Part shown: one piece after another, positions 1-9,697 of the stretch | How positions within the stretch are numbered: position 1 is the stretch's first letter | Layout of the letters: every line of letters begins with the position of its first letter | NCBI GenBank assembly: GCA_963753595.1 | Contig: CAVWCX010000001.1 | Coordinates: 32,001 to 96,000, forward strand | Direction: 5' to 3' | DNA: 64,000 nt | Source of the DNA: Candidatus Methanoperedenaceae archaeon | GTDB lineage: Archaea > Halobacteriota > Methanosarcinia > Methanosarcinales > Methanoperedenaceae | The notes under the pieces: model-generated | What the model was told of the DNA's origin: nothing | Databases searched by the model: none | The model's input: the letters and a program-made list of their open reading frames with translations, nothing else | Position numbers and translations under genes: made by a program

Positions 1-886
1 ATCCTGAAAGCAGGTTCATGCCAAATAACAAGAAGGTCACTGAATATTCCTATAATCCTCAGATAACAGCGGATTCTTCTTTTGGGATAATCATTTCCAA
101 CGATGTCACGTCAGAGGTAAGGGATGCAAATCAGCTTAAGCCTCAGATAATACAGGCAGAAGAGAATGTTGGAACCCTTCCGGAAGGTACGAAGGTGAGT
201 GCTGATAATGGATATTCAAGCAGCAAGAATCTCAAATTCATGAAGAAAAAAAAGCTGGATGGCTATATCCCGGATGAAAAAACGGCATCAAACCTGAACA
301 AAAATGAAGGAAAACCAGAAAACCCATTCGGTAAAGAGAATTTCGATTATGACCCGATAGAAGATTGTTTCATTTGCCCCAATAATCAGAAACTGACGTT
401 CCGTTTTGAGTATGTGGATATTGCCAAAAACAGAAATGTGCGGATTTATAAAGGCACTCAGTGTAAGCAATGTCCTGATCGTAAAAAATGTTCAAAGAAC
501 TCTCGGGATGGAAAAGTGATCAAGAATTATGAGGGGATGGAAGAGGAAAGAAGGAAGATGGCTTCTAAATTGATGTCAAAAGAGGGAGCATTGACATATC
601 AGACGAGGAAAAAGGTCGTGGAGTGCATCTTTGGTCATATCAAGAGGAATCTTGGGTTCAGGGAATTTCTGTTGAGAGGGATTAATGGGGCGAAAATTGA
701 GTTCAATCTTACCTGCATTGCTTCAAACCTGAGAAGAATGTGGAACTTTTTGAATGGATTTATTGAAGTAAGATGTTAAATTGGAGAAGAAGTATCGTTT
801 TTTTTTGTTTGTCTGAAAAATTAGGCAATTATTGCTGAAACATTGCTTGAATAAACTGTATTTGATATCAAATGTCGGTCAACCTC
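1..886 (+). mobile_element. IS1182-family element, 3' part (truncated by window edge); transposase C-terminus ends at 779
   Basis: Translation identical to the C-terminal 253 aa of the 6348..7844 transposase; right end ...ATGTCGGTCAACCTC at 886 is the reverse complement of the end at 6241. Confidence 0.92.
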
Positions 887-926
887 CGAGGTCGGAGGCA
901 TCATATGAATGCTCAAGATTTTAGCA
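887..926 (+). repeat. Right half of palindromic intergenic repeat (copy 1), interrupted by IS1182
   Basis: GTCGGAGGCATCATATGAATGCTCAAGATTTTAGCA aligns with TTCGGAGGCATCATGTGGATGCTCAAGGTTTTGGCA at ~4669-4704. Confidence 0.75.
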
Positions 927-1000
927 TTCTATCGGTTTCCCGGAGGTTCTGTTTTTCTTTTCAGGGCATGTTAAGTTTAAAAACAGGAAAGAGTTCGACC

Positions 1001-2321
1001 GGGGCTGTCAAAAAGTTTGGTGTTGGAGAAGAATTTATTTTTTATTGACAGATTAAAATAGAAAGATTTAAATATTATGAAAGTAGATATATATTTATGC
1101 AACTAAACATCGTATCTACTTTCGAAAACTGTATTGCTTCAGTACAACTTAAATTATCCGATTACATTTCAAAAGTTCCCAAGATAAAAGAAGGAATTAC
1201 ATCTCGATTATCAGAAAACAGATCAAGAAATATAAATAACCCCGTGGAACTATTATTTCATATCGGAAATAGATTTGAGATTCTATATCCCCATTGTCCG
1301 GAATGTAGTTCTTCAAAAGTGATAAAACAGGAATATTATCCACGCAATTTAAAATTGGCGGAATTTGGTCATCAAACAGTTTATGTGAGACGTTATTATT
1401 GCAAAACATGTGACAAGAAATTCAGCACACCCATTGACGCTATCGTAGAAAAAGGACATCAATATGCCAGGATTTATCAAAATCACATATGTGAAAGCTT
1501 TAAGACAGGTTATAATTCATTCAGACATTTGAAAAAGATATTTCACTCTTTCTACAATCATTCTCCTTCACATCAAACAATATACAACTGGATTTTTGAA
1601 ATGAATCCAAAATCGGAAGCAATAGAACCGAATTTATCTGGGTATTATTGCTATGACGAGCAATACTTAAAGATCGATGGGAAGCGATTTTATCGAATAA
1701 ATTTGATTGATTCAATACTTAATAAGCCGGTAAAAGAGTTGATCGTCAATGATTTTCAATATGATACAGTTAAATCGTTCATTGAAAAAGCGATATCTGG
1801 CATACCAGTCCACGCAATTACAACGGATCACAGAGGAGAATATAAAAGCATAATGGATGAACTGAAAATCAACCATCAACTTTGTATTTTTCATCTATTT
1901 AAAATGATCGGCAAAGAGATTATTCCAAAATTAAGATCTAAATTCATTTCAAACACCAATAAAATTCGATTATGCATATTATTTACTGAAATTAAGGAAA
2001 TTTTCAGAACTTTCGACTTGAATATCGCTATCAATAGACTTAATGGATTGTTGGAGAAATCAAATGCAACACCAAAAATTATCCATAAATTTATACAAAA
2101 AATAGAGGATGATTTTGAAAGACTCACTCTTTTTATGAGGGATGGGTTTGTTTCAAGAACAACGAATCCCATTGAAAACTATTATCGAACTACTATGCCT
2201 GATTCATTAAAAAGGATCTTCAAAACACCAGATGGAGCTTTAAAATATCTGGATATCAGGAAGAATTATTGGCTAAATAACATTTCAAAAAATATTTAAC
2301 ACCAAAAGATTTTACACCCAC
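1001..2321 (+). mobile_element. IS256/ISH6-like (Mutator-type DDE) insertion sequence
   Basis: 8-bp target duplication GTTCGACC at 993-1000 and 2322-2329; imperfect terminal IRs GGGGCTGTCAAAAAGTTTGGTGTT / GTGGGTGTAAAATCTTTTGGTGTT. Confidence 0.88.
1097..2299 (+). CDS. DDE transposase with N-terminal Zn ribbon
   Basis: CPEC...CKTC; YCYDEQY, ITTDH, HQLCIFH, TTNPIENY motifs. Confidence 0.9.
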   Translation: MQLNIVSTFENCIASVQLKLSDYISKVPKIKEGITSRLSENRSRNINNPVELLFHIGNRFEILYPHCPECSSSKVIKQEYYPRNLKLAEFGHQTVYVRRYYCKTCDKKFSTPIDAIVEKGHQYARIYQNHICESFKTGYNSFRHLKKIFHSFYNHSPSHQTIYNWIFEMNPKSEAIEPNLSGYYCYDEQYLKIDGKRFYRINLIDSILNKPVKELIVNDFQYDTVKSFIEKAISGIPVHAITTDHRGEYKSIMDELKINHQLCIFHLFKMIGKEIIPKLRSKFISNTNKIRLCILFTEIKEIFRTFDLNIAINRLNGLLEKSNATPKIIHKFIQKIEDDFERLTLFMRDGFVSRTTNPIENYYRTTMPDSLKRIFKTPDGALKYLDIRKNYWLNNISKNI

Positions 2322-2364
2322 GTTCGACCAAAAATTTAATACCAAAGATTACCTTTCAATAAAT

Positions 2365-2610
2365 ATGAAAAGTATGGAAAAATCAAATGTTACAGCTATA
2401 ATCTGGCAGGAAGATGATGTTTATGTTTCAAAATGCCCTGAACTTGAAGTTGCCAGTGCGGGTGACACACCGGAGGAAGCTCTTGAAAACCTGAAAGAGG
2501 CTGTTGAATTATATCTTGAGAATGCCAAAGCTCTGGGAATTTTAAATGATTTTGCTGCATCCTTACATTCTCCAAATAAATTCACTTCTACTTTTGGTGT
2601 GGCAGTGTGA
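2365..2610 (+). CDS. hicB: HicB-family antitoxin (short, no DNA-binding tail)
   Basis: YVSKCPELEVASAGDTPEEALENLKEAVELYLE is the typical HicB RNase-H-like fold motif. Confidence 0.9.
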   Translation: MKSMEKSNVTAIIWQEDDVYVSKCPELEVASAGDTPEEALENLKEAVELYLENAKALGILNDFAASLHSPNKFTSTFGVAV

Positions 2611-2846
2611 GTAAACTTCCTTTGGTATTATCTGAAAAGATCATACAAAGGCTTCTTAAAGCAGGGTTTGATTACGCACCTATAAAAGGAAAAGGAAGTC
2701 ACAGAGCCTTGGTAAGAGTAGGTAGTCAAGGTGAAAAGTATCTCGTTATCATTCCAAAAAAAGATCCTGTCCCAAAGGGTACTTTGATTTCAATCATCAA
2801 ACAATCAGGAATGACAAGAGAAGAGTTTATTAAATTACTGGAATGA
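2607..2846 (+). CDS. hicA: HicA-family mRNA interferase toxin
   Basis: KGSH motif, VPKGTLISIIKQSG; GTGA overlap with hicB. Confidence 0.9.
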   Translation: MSKLPLVLSEKIIQRLLKAGFDYAPIKGKGSHRALVRVGSQGEKYLVIIPKKDPVPKGTLISIIKQSGMTREEFIKLLE

Positions 2847-2999
2847 AATTTTTGGCTAAATATGTTATGTACCTTAGTTTATGGCGGTAAGATATGATAT
2901 ATTTTGGTTGCGAAATATGCTATGATTGGAATCGTGGAATAAACATTACTAAGCACTGGTGAAAAAATAAGGCAGTAGCTATACCACCATTAGATTAAT

Positions 3000-4541
3000 C
3001 CGTAACTCTCCCTTTTTTACGTAATACTCAAATCAATCCCCAATTTTTCAATAAGTAAACGTGTCTTTTTAGGAATCTCAGAGATCTCCCAGTCATCCCC
3101 TATCTTAACATTGAACACTCTTGATAGATGTAGAATAACATCTTTTGGTGAACATCTGCTTAAAATATTCCTGGAAAGTAGCAATCCATAAACCTTATAA
3201 TAAAGAAGTAGAGCAACAAAATTCACAAACATCCATCCTTCCATTGCGGAATCATCTCTCATATAACTGCGATCTGCATTCAACACATTTTTAAATGTGT
3301 CAAAAGTAACCTCGATCTCAACACGGCTTTTCAGCAACTCGAAAATTTTCTGTGGGGACAAATCCAATCCTGTAATTATCGATATTGTGCCAAACTTACT
3401 ATCATTTTCATGAAACTCTTCTATCTTGAGCTTTCCTTCATTCACCCTTATTAAAAAATCACGTTCCTCTTCCACTTTCAAAAAGTTATCCAGGAATGTA
3501 ACTATCCTTTTCCCATCTAATACACGTTCATAATGCCAGATCACTCGGTTCTCAAAAAGAAAATGACCATCAAACTGCTTTCTTCCGGCCTGTTTTAGAG
3601 GTGAGTAATCGATGAACTGACTATTCCTTTTCAGAGGTAAAATATACCTTATTTTCTTTGTTTCCAATTCTTTCGCATTGTCTGCAGAATAGAAACCCTT
3701 GTCTCCCACCAAAATAATGTCCTTCACCTTCGATTCTTCCATGGATAAAAGCAAACTGGAAACGTCCCTTATCGAACCGGGAACAAGTCTATAAAATATC
3801 GGCTGCATTCGATCAAGTGAAAAAAGCAAAAAAAGATTTATTTGCGGGAGGTAGTTCCTTTCTGAATTTCGACCTAAAGTAGCTGATATCACATTTTCTG
3901 AAAGAGAGAAAACATGTGTGAGATCAACCGCCATACATTCATCTTGTGCTATGTATTTTGACAGGAATTTCTTGATAAGATCTCTTTGCTGCCCTATTGC
4001 GTGAAGTATGTTGCTAAGTGTCTTGGGAGATACTTTTGCATCGGGTATGATGTCAGATAAGTAAGAACTCTGGTAATGATTTTGAACATTCTTTAGTGGT
4101 GATGATGAGAAAAAACGAAATGCTGCGAATGTGAATATCTCCTTCCATATATCTGGAAACACTTCTTTCAGGTTTTGGATGATATCTTTTGATTCATTAG
4201 CTATGAATCGTGATGCTCCAAACTCTTTTACACTAATATTTTTCCGTGATTCTATTGTCCTTTCATGTTTTGGTTTTATGAGTCCTTCTTCTGTTATTTT
4301 GCCAAGAAATTTTTCTGTGATCTTTTTGGCCCGTTTCTTTTCTTTGTCATATTCGCTTCTGATTTTGTAGAGATAATAGTACTTTCCGAGTTTTCTTATT
4401 TCTGTCCCTTTTGTTTTGTGTTTCAATACCCAATCCGGATGAGTCATAATATTACGTATATACGTAATACAAATATATAAAGATTACGGTATGTGTTGAC
4501 AGTTTTCTAAAAAATATTACACAAATTGGGCGGAGTTAAGG
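3000..4541 (-). mobile_element. IS1634-family insertion sequence
   Basis: IRs CCGTAACTCTCCC / CCTTAACTCCGCCC; 6-bp duplication ATTAAT at 2994-2999 and 4542-4547. Confidence 0.88.
3017..4447 (-). CDS. IS1634/IS4-type DDE transposase
   Basis: AVDLT, VGDKGFYS, RVEIEVTFDTFK motifs. Confidence 0.9.
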   Translation of the reverse strand: MTHPDWVLKHKTKGTEIRKLGKYYYLYKIRSEYDKEKKRAKKITEKFLGKITEEGLIKPKHERTIESRKNISVKEFGASRFIANESKDIIQNLKEVFPDIWKEIFTFAAFRFFSSSPLKNVQNHYQSSYLSDIIPDAKVSPKTLSNILHAIGQQRDLIKKFLSKYIAQDECMAVDLTHVFSLSENVISATLGRNSERNYLPQINLFLLFSLDRMQPIFYRLVPGSIRDVSSLLLSMEESKVKDIILVGDKGFYSADNAKELETKKIRYILPLKRNSQFIDYSPLKQAGRKQFDGHFLFENRVIWHYERVLDGKRIVTFLDNFLKVEEERDFLIRVNEGKLKIEEFHENDSKFGTISIITGLDLSPQKIFELLKSRVEIEVTFDTFKNVLNADRSYMRDDSAMEGWMFVNFVALLLYYKVYGLLLSRNILSRCSPKDVILHLSRVFNVKIGDDWEISEIPKKTRLLIEKLGIDLSIT

Positions 4542-4644
4542 ATTAATGAATTTACATATCATCTAAATGCGCGTATTATAAGGAATTGAAAAATGGTTAT
4601 TCTGTTTTCAATTCGCCTTATACAAGTATGAATCCTCCGCCCCC

Positions 4645-4704
4645 GCAGTCACTGACCCCCGAATCGAATTCGGAGGCATCATGTGGATGCTCAAGGTTTT
4701 GGCA
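4645..4704 (+). repeat. Palindromic intergenic repeat, intact copy 2
   Basis: GCAGTCACTGA-CCCCCGAAT-CGA-ATTCGGAGG-CATCA hairpin. Confidence 0.75.
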
Positions 4705-4895
4705 CATCGTTTTGCAAGAGTCTTCTATTAAATTCAGGCGCTATTTTATAACGGGTTTCAGGATGGTTTTATTGAATAATTCGTCAGAGGCATGGAAATA
4801 AGAGCGCAATCAGGAGATTAATAGATAAATAATGCTGATATAAAAAATAAAAGAAGGATAAAAACTTTCCTTCTTTTTTCAATTTGGAATGAATA

Positions 4896-5870
4896 CTAAA
4901 CAGGTGGTACAATTCTGACCGAATCTTTACCACTGATAGGTATCCCGTCGTATGTCATTCCTGTTAATACTGCTTCAGTATCGCCTTCTGATACCACCAA
5001 TGATTTAGTGCTTACATGGACAATGAGGTCCATAAAGCCATCGCCATTGACATCTTCATATGAGGACTGAGGTGTTTGAGCTTTACCCTTCAGGTTAACA
5101 GCCGCTCCTGCAAGGCTAATCGAGTAAGGATTCACAGTAGTGACATCGAATGTCGGGCTACCTAAAATGGCCACAGGTACATTCCCATTGCTGCCAAGGT
5201 TGATACTATTGGGATCACTTCCAAGCTTTATGTCAATGTTCACAGGTATTACTGCTAATTGTCCATAAGCCTGTATCTCTGATATAGAGAACATTTTATC
5301 TCCATTATTCATATTGCCCTTAAACTTTAGAGCATTCGTGGTAATAGGTGTTGTTAACAAATATTTCGCTGTATTATCATAAGGATTTGGACGAGTCTGC
5401 ATACCATATAAATTTACTCCGTCATAAACATTATAGTTTGGTACATTCCAAGCCAGTTGCCAAGTATTTGTAGTTAAATCCCGATAATATAACTCGTACG
5501 CATCATTATCATCTGTTTGTAGAACAAAACTTTCAATATTATATATACCGTTCAGATTAATTTCTATGTAAGGATTCTGGCCAGTAGTAGAATCCCACCA
5601 TAATGGCCCAAGATTCCATTGAGTACTTTGTGGGAAAAAAACACCATCAACAATAGTACTAGGCAAAACATCCGTCCAACCGCCGGGATACCCATTATAA
5701 ACAGTTAAGAAATTTCCTCCATTTAATGTTACCTCTGCATTTAGAGCTACATTAGTTACAGAAGTTGCGCCAGCCAGTCCACTTATAGCCAGAAATATAG
5801 CTAAAGCTATTCCTGGGATACCAAATATTGTGAGATCTCCGCAATTTATTCTACTATTTCTCTTAGTCAT
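4896..5870 (-). CDS. Secreted protein: signal peptide, discoidin/F5-8-like domain, C-terminal IDIKxGSDPNSIN/DVNGDG domain
   Basis: Hydrophobic N-terminus, NVALNA..IEINL..SISEIQAYG pattern, Ca-binding-like DVNGDGFMDL. Confidence 0.7.
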   Translation of the reverse strand: MTKRNSRINCGDLTIFGIPGIALAIFLAISGLAGATSVTNVALNAEVTLNGGNFLTVYNGYPGGWTDVLPSTIVDGVFFPQSTQWNLGPLWWDSTTGQNPYIEINLNGIYNIESFVLQTDDNDAYELYYRDLTTNTWQLAWNVPNYNVYDGVNLYGMQTRPNPYDNTAKYLLTTPITTNALKFKGNMNNGDKMFSISEIQAYGQLAVIPVNIDIKLGSDPNSINLGSNGNVPVAILGSPTFDVTTVNPYSISLAGAAVNLKGKAQTPQSSYEDVNGDGFMDLIVHVSTKSLVVSEGDTEAVLTGMTYDGIPISGKDSVRIVPPV

Positions 5871-6240
5871 TTTTCCTCCGTTATTTTAGATTTTCTTCTT
5901 TGAGTACTTACCTCTCAAAGGTTTTTATCTTATAGGAACTTCAATAAACAGAGATTCCCACCTATTGCGATTACCACCATAAGAATTACCTTTTTAGAAG
6001 CAATACTTGTTCGAAATTATTTCTTTGCTAAAGATAAATGTTTCGATATTTTTAAAACATTTATTTAAAAATAACCGATGATATTTATATAAGATCCATT
6101 AAAGAAATAACGAAATGCCAAAATCTTCTTCACCATCAATACGCGCCTGATTTCAGCATTCAAAAGAAACCTGGATTGTCCATCGCCTTTCAGGAGCATG
6201 AGAACGAGCACGTGGAGCAGTCACTAAACCCCGGACTTAA

Positions 6241-7970
6241 GAGGTTGACCGACATTTGATATCAAATACAGTTTATTCAAGCAATGTTTCAGCAATAATT
6301 GCCTAATTTTTCAGACAAACAAAAAAAAACGATACTTCTTCTCCAATTTAACATCTTACTTCAATAAATCCATTCAAAAAGTTCCACATTCTTCTCAGGT
6401 TTGAAGCAATGCAGGTAAGATTGAACTCAATTTTCGCCCCATTAATCCCTCTCAACAGAAATTCCCTGAACCCAAGATTCCTCTTGATATGACCAAAGAT
6501 GCACTCCACGACCTTTTTCCTCGTCTGATATGTCAATGCTCCCTCTTTTGACATCAATTTAGAAGCCATCTTCCTTCTTTCCTCTTCCATCCCCTCATAA
6601 TTCTTGATCACTTTTCCATCCCGAGAGTTCTTTGAACATTTTTTACGATCAGGACATTGCTTACACTGAGTGCCTTTATAAATCCGCACATTTCTGTTTT
6701 TGGCAATATCCACATACTCAAAACGGAACGTCAGTTTCTGATTATTGGGGCAAATGAAACAATCTTCTATCGGGTCATAATCGAAATTCTCTTTACCGAA
6801 TGGGTTTTCTGGTTTTCCTTCATTTTTGTTCAGGTTTGATGCCGTTTTTTCATCCGGGATATAGCCATCCAGCTTTTTTTTCTTCATGAATTTGAGATTC
6901 TTGCTGCTTGAATATCCATTATCAGCACTCACCTTCGTACCTTCCGGAAGGGTTCCAACATTCTCTTCTGCCTGTATTATCTGAGGCTTAAGCTGATTTG
7001 CATCCCTTACCTCTGACGTGACATCGTTGGAAATGATTATCCCAAAAGAAGAATCCGCTGTTATCTGAGGATTATAGGAATATTCAGTGACCTTCTTGTT
7101 ATTTGGCATGAACCTGCTTTCAGGATCAGTAGCACTGATGGCACTCTCTGATTTTTCGATTTCTTTTTCGATCTTATCAACCTGTTTCTTGATTTTTTCT
7201 TTTTGTTCTTTGCTCCCTGACTGATATTTCTCTTTCAATTTTTCCGCTATCGTTTTGTCAAAGATGTTATCTGGCAGCTCATCGATATTCTTATCACCAT
7301 GGATCCTGTCCTCTTCCTCGTCTATTCTGATGCCTTCTTCCAGTTCTCTTTCAACGAGTTCCTTCAATTTTAAAAAATCATCTTTTGTTACTGCACTGTG
7401 ATTTGATGCATTGGCTTTTATTTTTGTTCCATCAATGCATATGTGACCAAGAGATACCATGCCAAGATCTTTTGCGAATTTTACAACTTCATGAAATGAT
7501 GATTTGACCATTTCAAGATTGTTTTTCCGAAAGTCGCTTATCGTCCTGAAATCAGGTTGGAGAAGACCTGCAAGGTAAATGTATACCACGTTCTCTCTAG
7601 CATTTTTTGCTATTATCCTTGATGAACATACTCCATCTATTTGACCCAATATCAGAAGCTTGAGGATGAGTTTTGGATGATATGCGGGGTGTCCTGCTCC
7701 TTCGTATTCCTTTTCGATATCAGATAGATCCATATTCTGGATTATTTTATCAACCAGATGGCAGATGTGATTTTTTGGTATCATATCACGAATGTTTGGA
7801 GGTAAGAGCAGTTCCTGGTCTTTGAGGTCTTTATAGAAAGTCATATTTATTTAAAAACTGTATTTGTATGATATAAATGTTTTGAAATTATTTCGCAAGC
7901 AATGGGCTTGATTATAATTTGGAATTATGGAAAAATCGGAGAGTTTTTCAGTTAATTATCGGACAGCCTC
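6241..7970 (-). mobile_element. IS1182-family insertion sequence, complete, inserted in centre of palindromic repeat copy 3
   Basis: IRs GAGGTTGACCGACATT / GAGGCTGTCCGATAAT; flanks CCCCGGACTTAA | TCAAGTCGGGGG. Confidence 0.92.
6348..7844 (-). CDS. IS1182-family transposase
   Basis: GHPAYHP, PDFRTISDFRK, IDGTKIKANAS, TDPESRFM, ADNGY, VECIFGHIK. Confidence 0.95.
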   Translation of the reverse strand: MTFYKDLKDQELLLPPNIRDMIPKNHICHLVDKIIQNMDLSDIEKEYEGAGHPAYHPKLILKLLILGQIDGVCSSRIIAKNARENVVYIYLAGLLQPDFRTISDFRKNNLEMVKSSFHEVVKFAKDLGMVSLGHICIDGTKIKANASNHSAVTKDDFLKLKELVERELEEGIRIDEEEDRIHGDKNIDELPDNIFDKTIAEKLKEKYQSGSKEQKEKIKKQVDKIEKEIEKSESAISATDPESRFMPNNKKVTEYSYNPQITADSSFGIIISNDVTSEVRDANQLKPQIIQAEENVGTLPEGTKVSADNGYSSSKNLKFMKKKKLDGYIPDEKTASNLNKNEGKPENPFGKENFDYDPIEDCFICPNNQKLTFRFEYVDIAKNRNVRIYKGTQCKQCPDRKKCSKNSRDGKVIKNYEGMEEERRKMASKLMSKEGALTYQTRKKVVECIFGHIKRNLGFREFLLRGINGAKIEFNLTCIASNLRRMWNFLNGFIEVRC

Positions 7971-8082
7971 TCAAGTCGGGGGCATCAGGAGGAATGCATG
8001 AGTTTTTTTGAAAATTATTCGTTGTATTGGATAATATCGACAATACAGGCACAAAATCTTATCGAAATAAGGAGGTTCGGGG

Positions 8083-9369
8083 ATGAATTATAGTGAAGAA
8101 CACGAAGCATATATTAGAGAACATTGTGATATACGGCCAGACGAGGATTATGAGATGGATTTGACGGTCAAAGATAGAAAGAAATTATGGTTATCGACGG
8201 GGAATAAATGTGCCTTATGTAAATGTATTCTGCACCAAAAAAAGTCCAAAACCAATATTGGAGAAGAATGTCATATTAGTAGCGAAAGACCAGACCACCC
8301 AAGTAAGGAATTCCCAAGATATGATCCAGGCTTTGATCAACGGAATACGAGTGTTGATAACGCAATAATTCTCTGTGCCAATTGCCATAAGATAATAGAT
8401 AATCCAGAAAACACCCAATACACAATAGAAGAACTACATCGAATAAAAGAAAGACATGAAGTCGAGGTAGAAAAAAACCCTGACGTAATTAAAGAACGTG
8501 ACGAAAGACGCAAACAATTACAAGAATGGATACAGGAACATAACCAGACATTGATGAACAATTTCATCAAACCTTGGTCTGAATCCACGTCTGTAGATGA
8601 ATCAAATCTCCTCGCAATAGAACATCTTCAAAGTGGATATAAAGATATTTGGGATTTGCGTCCAAATAAACCTCTTCTAAGATGTATTTCGGACGATAGG
8701 AAGATTATTAAAGAAGAGCTTTTAAATAAATTTGGAGGAATCCCTGTGGATTTTGAATGGAAACATAATTCTGGGGTCACGAAAATACCAGTTTACAGAA
8801 TATTGAATTACTTTTTTCAGAATGATGATTTATCAGAGAATTGTAACATAAATACAGAGGATTTTATTGAATCGATCATAAAAGATGAACCATTATATGA
8901 GAAAATTAAAAAGATAGATAAAAACGAGGAAATCCGAGATGATAAAACCAATGAGTTTGAAAATGGTTTGATGGAAATAGTACAAGATTTCGAGGAGAAA
9001 CACATCCCATTAAAGGGTACTTGCAAAATCTGTAAAGAATGGCATAACGAACTCCAAGATGAAAACCGTGATAAAGAACGAATATATAATTGGTTATATA
9101 ATAAAACAGAAGCATATAAATGGATAACCGTTGGTGGATATATCGATGGCGGAGTTACCGGAACATTAACTGACACCAGATGGCGTTCTACTGAAGAGAT
9201 AGCAAGTGCCATTAACTTAACTGTAGAACGAACTGAGAAACTCTGTTTTCAAAACGAAAAACTCAAAAAAATGACGAAAGAGGATATCCCCAACGAGAAA
9301 AAAAACACAGATGAACGAGATTTAAAACGATGGGCAATAAAAGAATTCGTAAGTAAATATCGGGATTAA
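8083..9369 (+). CDS. HNH endonuclease-domain protein (possible defence effector)
   Basis: LWLSTGNKCALC...IGEECHI...NAIILCANCHKIID N-terminal HNH motif. Confidence 0.75.
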   Translation: MNYSEEHEAYIREHCDIRPDEDYEMDLTVKDRKKLWLSTGNKCALCKCILHQKKSKTNIGEECHISSERPDHPSKEFPRYDPGFDQRNTSVDNAIILCANCHKIIDNPENTQYTIEELHRIKERHEVEVEKNPDVIKERDERRKQLQEWIQEHNQTLMNNFIKPWSESTSVDESNLLAIEHLQSGYKDIWDLRPNKPLLRCISDDRKIIKEELLNKFGGIPVDFEWKHNSGVTKIPVYRILNYFFQNDDLSENCNINTEDFIESIIKDEPLYEKIKKIDKNEEIRDDKTNEFENGLMEIVQDFEEKHIPLKGTCKICKEWHNELQDENRDKERIYNWLYNKTEAYKWITVGGYIDGGVTGTLTDTRWRSTEEIASAINLTVERTEKLCFQNEKLKKMTKEDIPNEKKNTDERDLKRWAIKEFVSKYRD

Positions 9370-9446
9370 TATGCGTGCCTATGTTCTGATTCATAGGTTG
9401 TATAGATTCAGATTCTTTATGGATGCATGAACACGTCCGCAGCACG

Positions 9447-9482
9447 GCAGTCACCAGTATACCCCGTACGATGTACGAGGCC
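9447..9482 (+). repeat. Degenerate copy 4 of the palindromic repeat
   Basis: GCAGTCACC...CCCCGTAC-GAT-GTACGAGG-C. Confidence 0.45.
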
Positions 9483-9697
9483 TGTATATAGTGGTTTTCA
9501 GGAGCATACGGGATTATCTCTCCCATTAGCTTAAGGTGCAGGGCTTCAATGTGGGGCGACTGTAAAGGTGCGCTGCAAGCCTTACCCACATGGCTTACCA
9601 TTTCCTCCGAAGTCACCTGCAAGAGATAATTTTGTTTCCATGATATTTTAATCTGGCGGTAGTGAGTTTAAGGAGATATTCCTATCATAACCATAAA

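Noticed and set aside
887-6240. Segment already inverted by the IS1182 pair
   Set aside because: Left and right halves of the target palindromes are still in matching order around the second copy.
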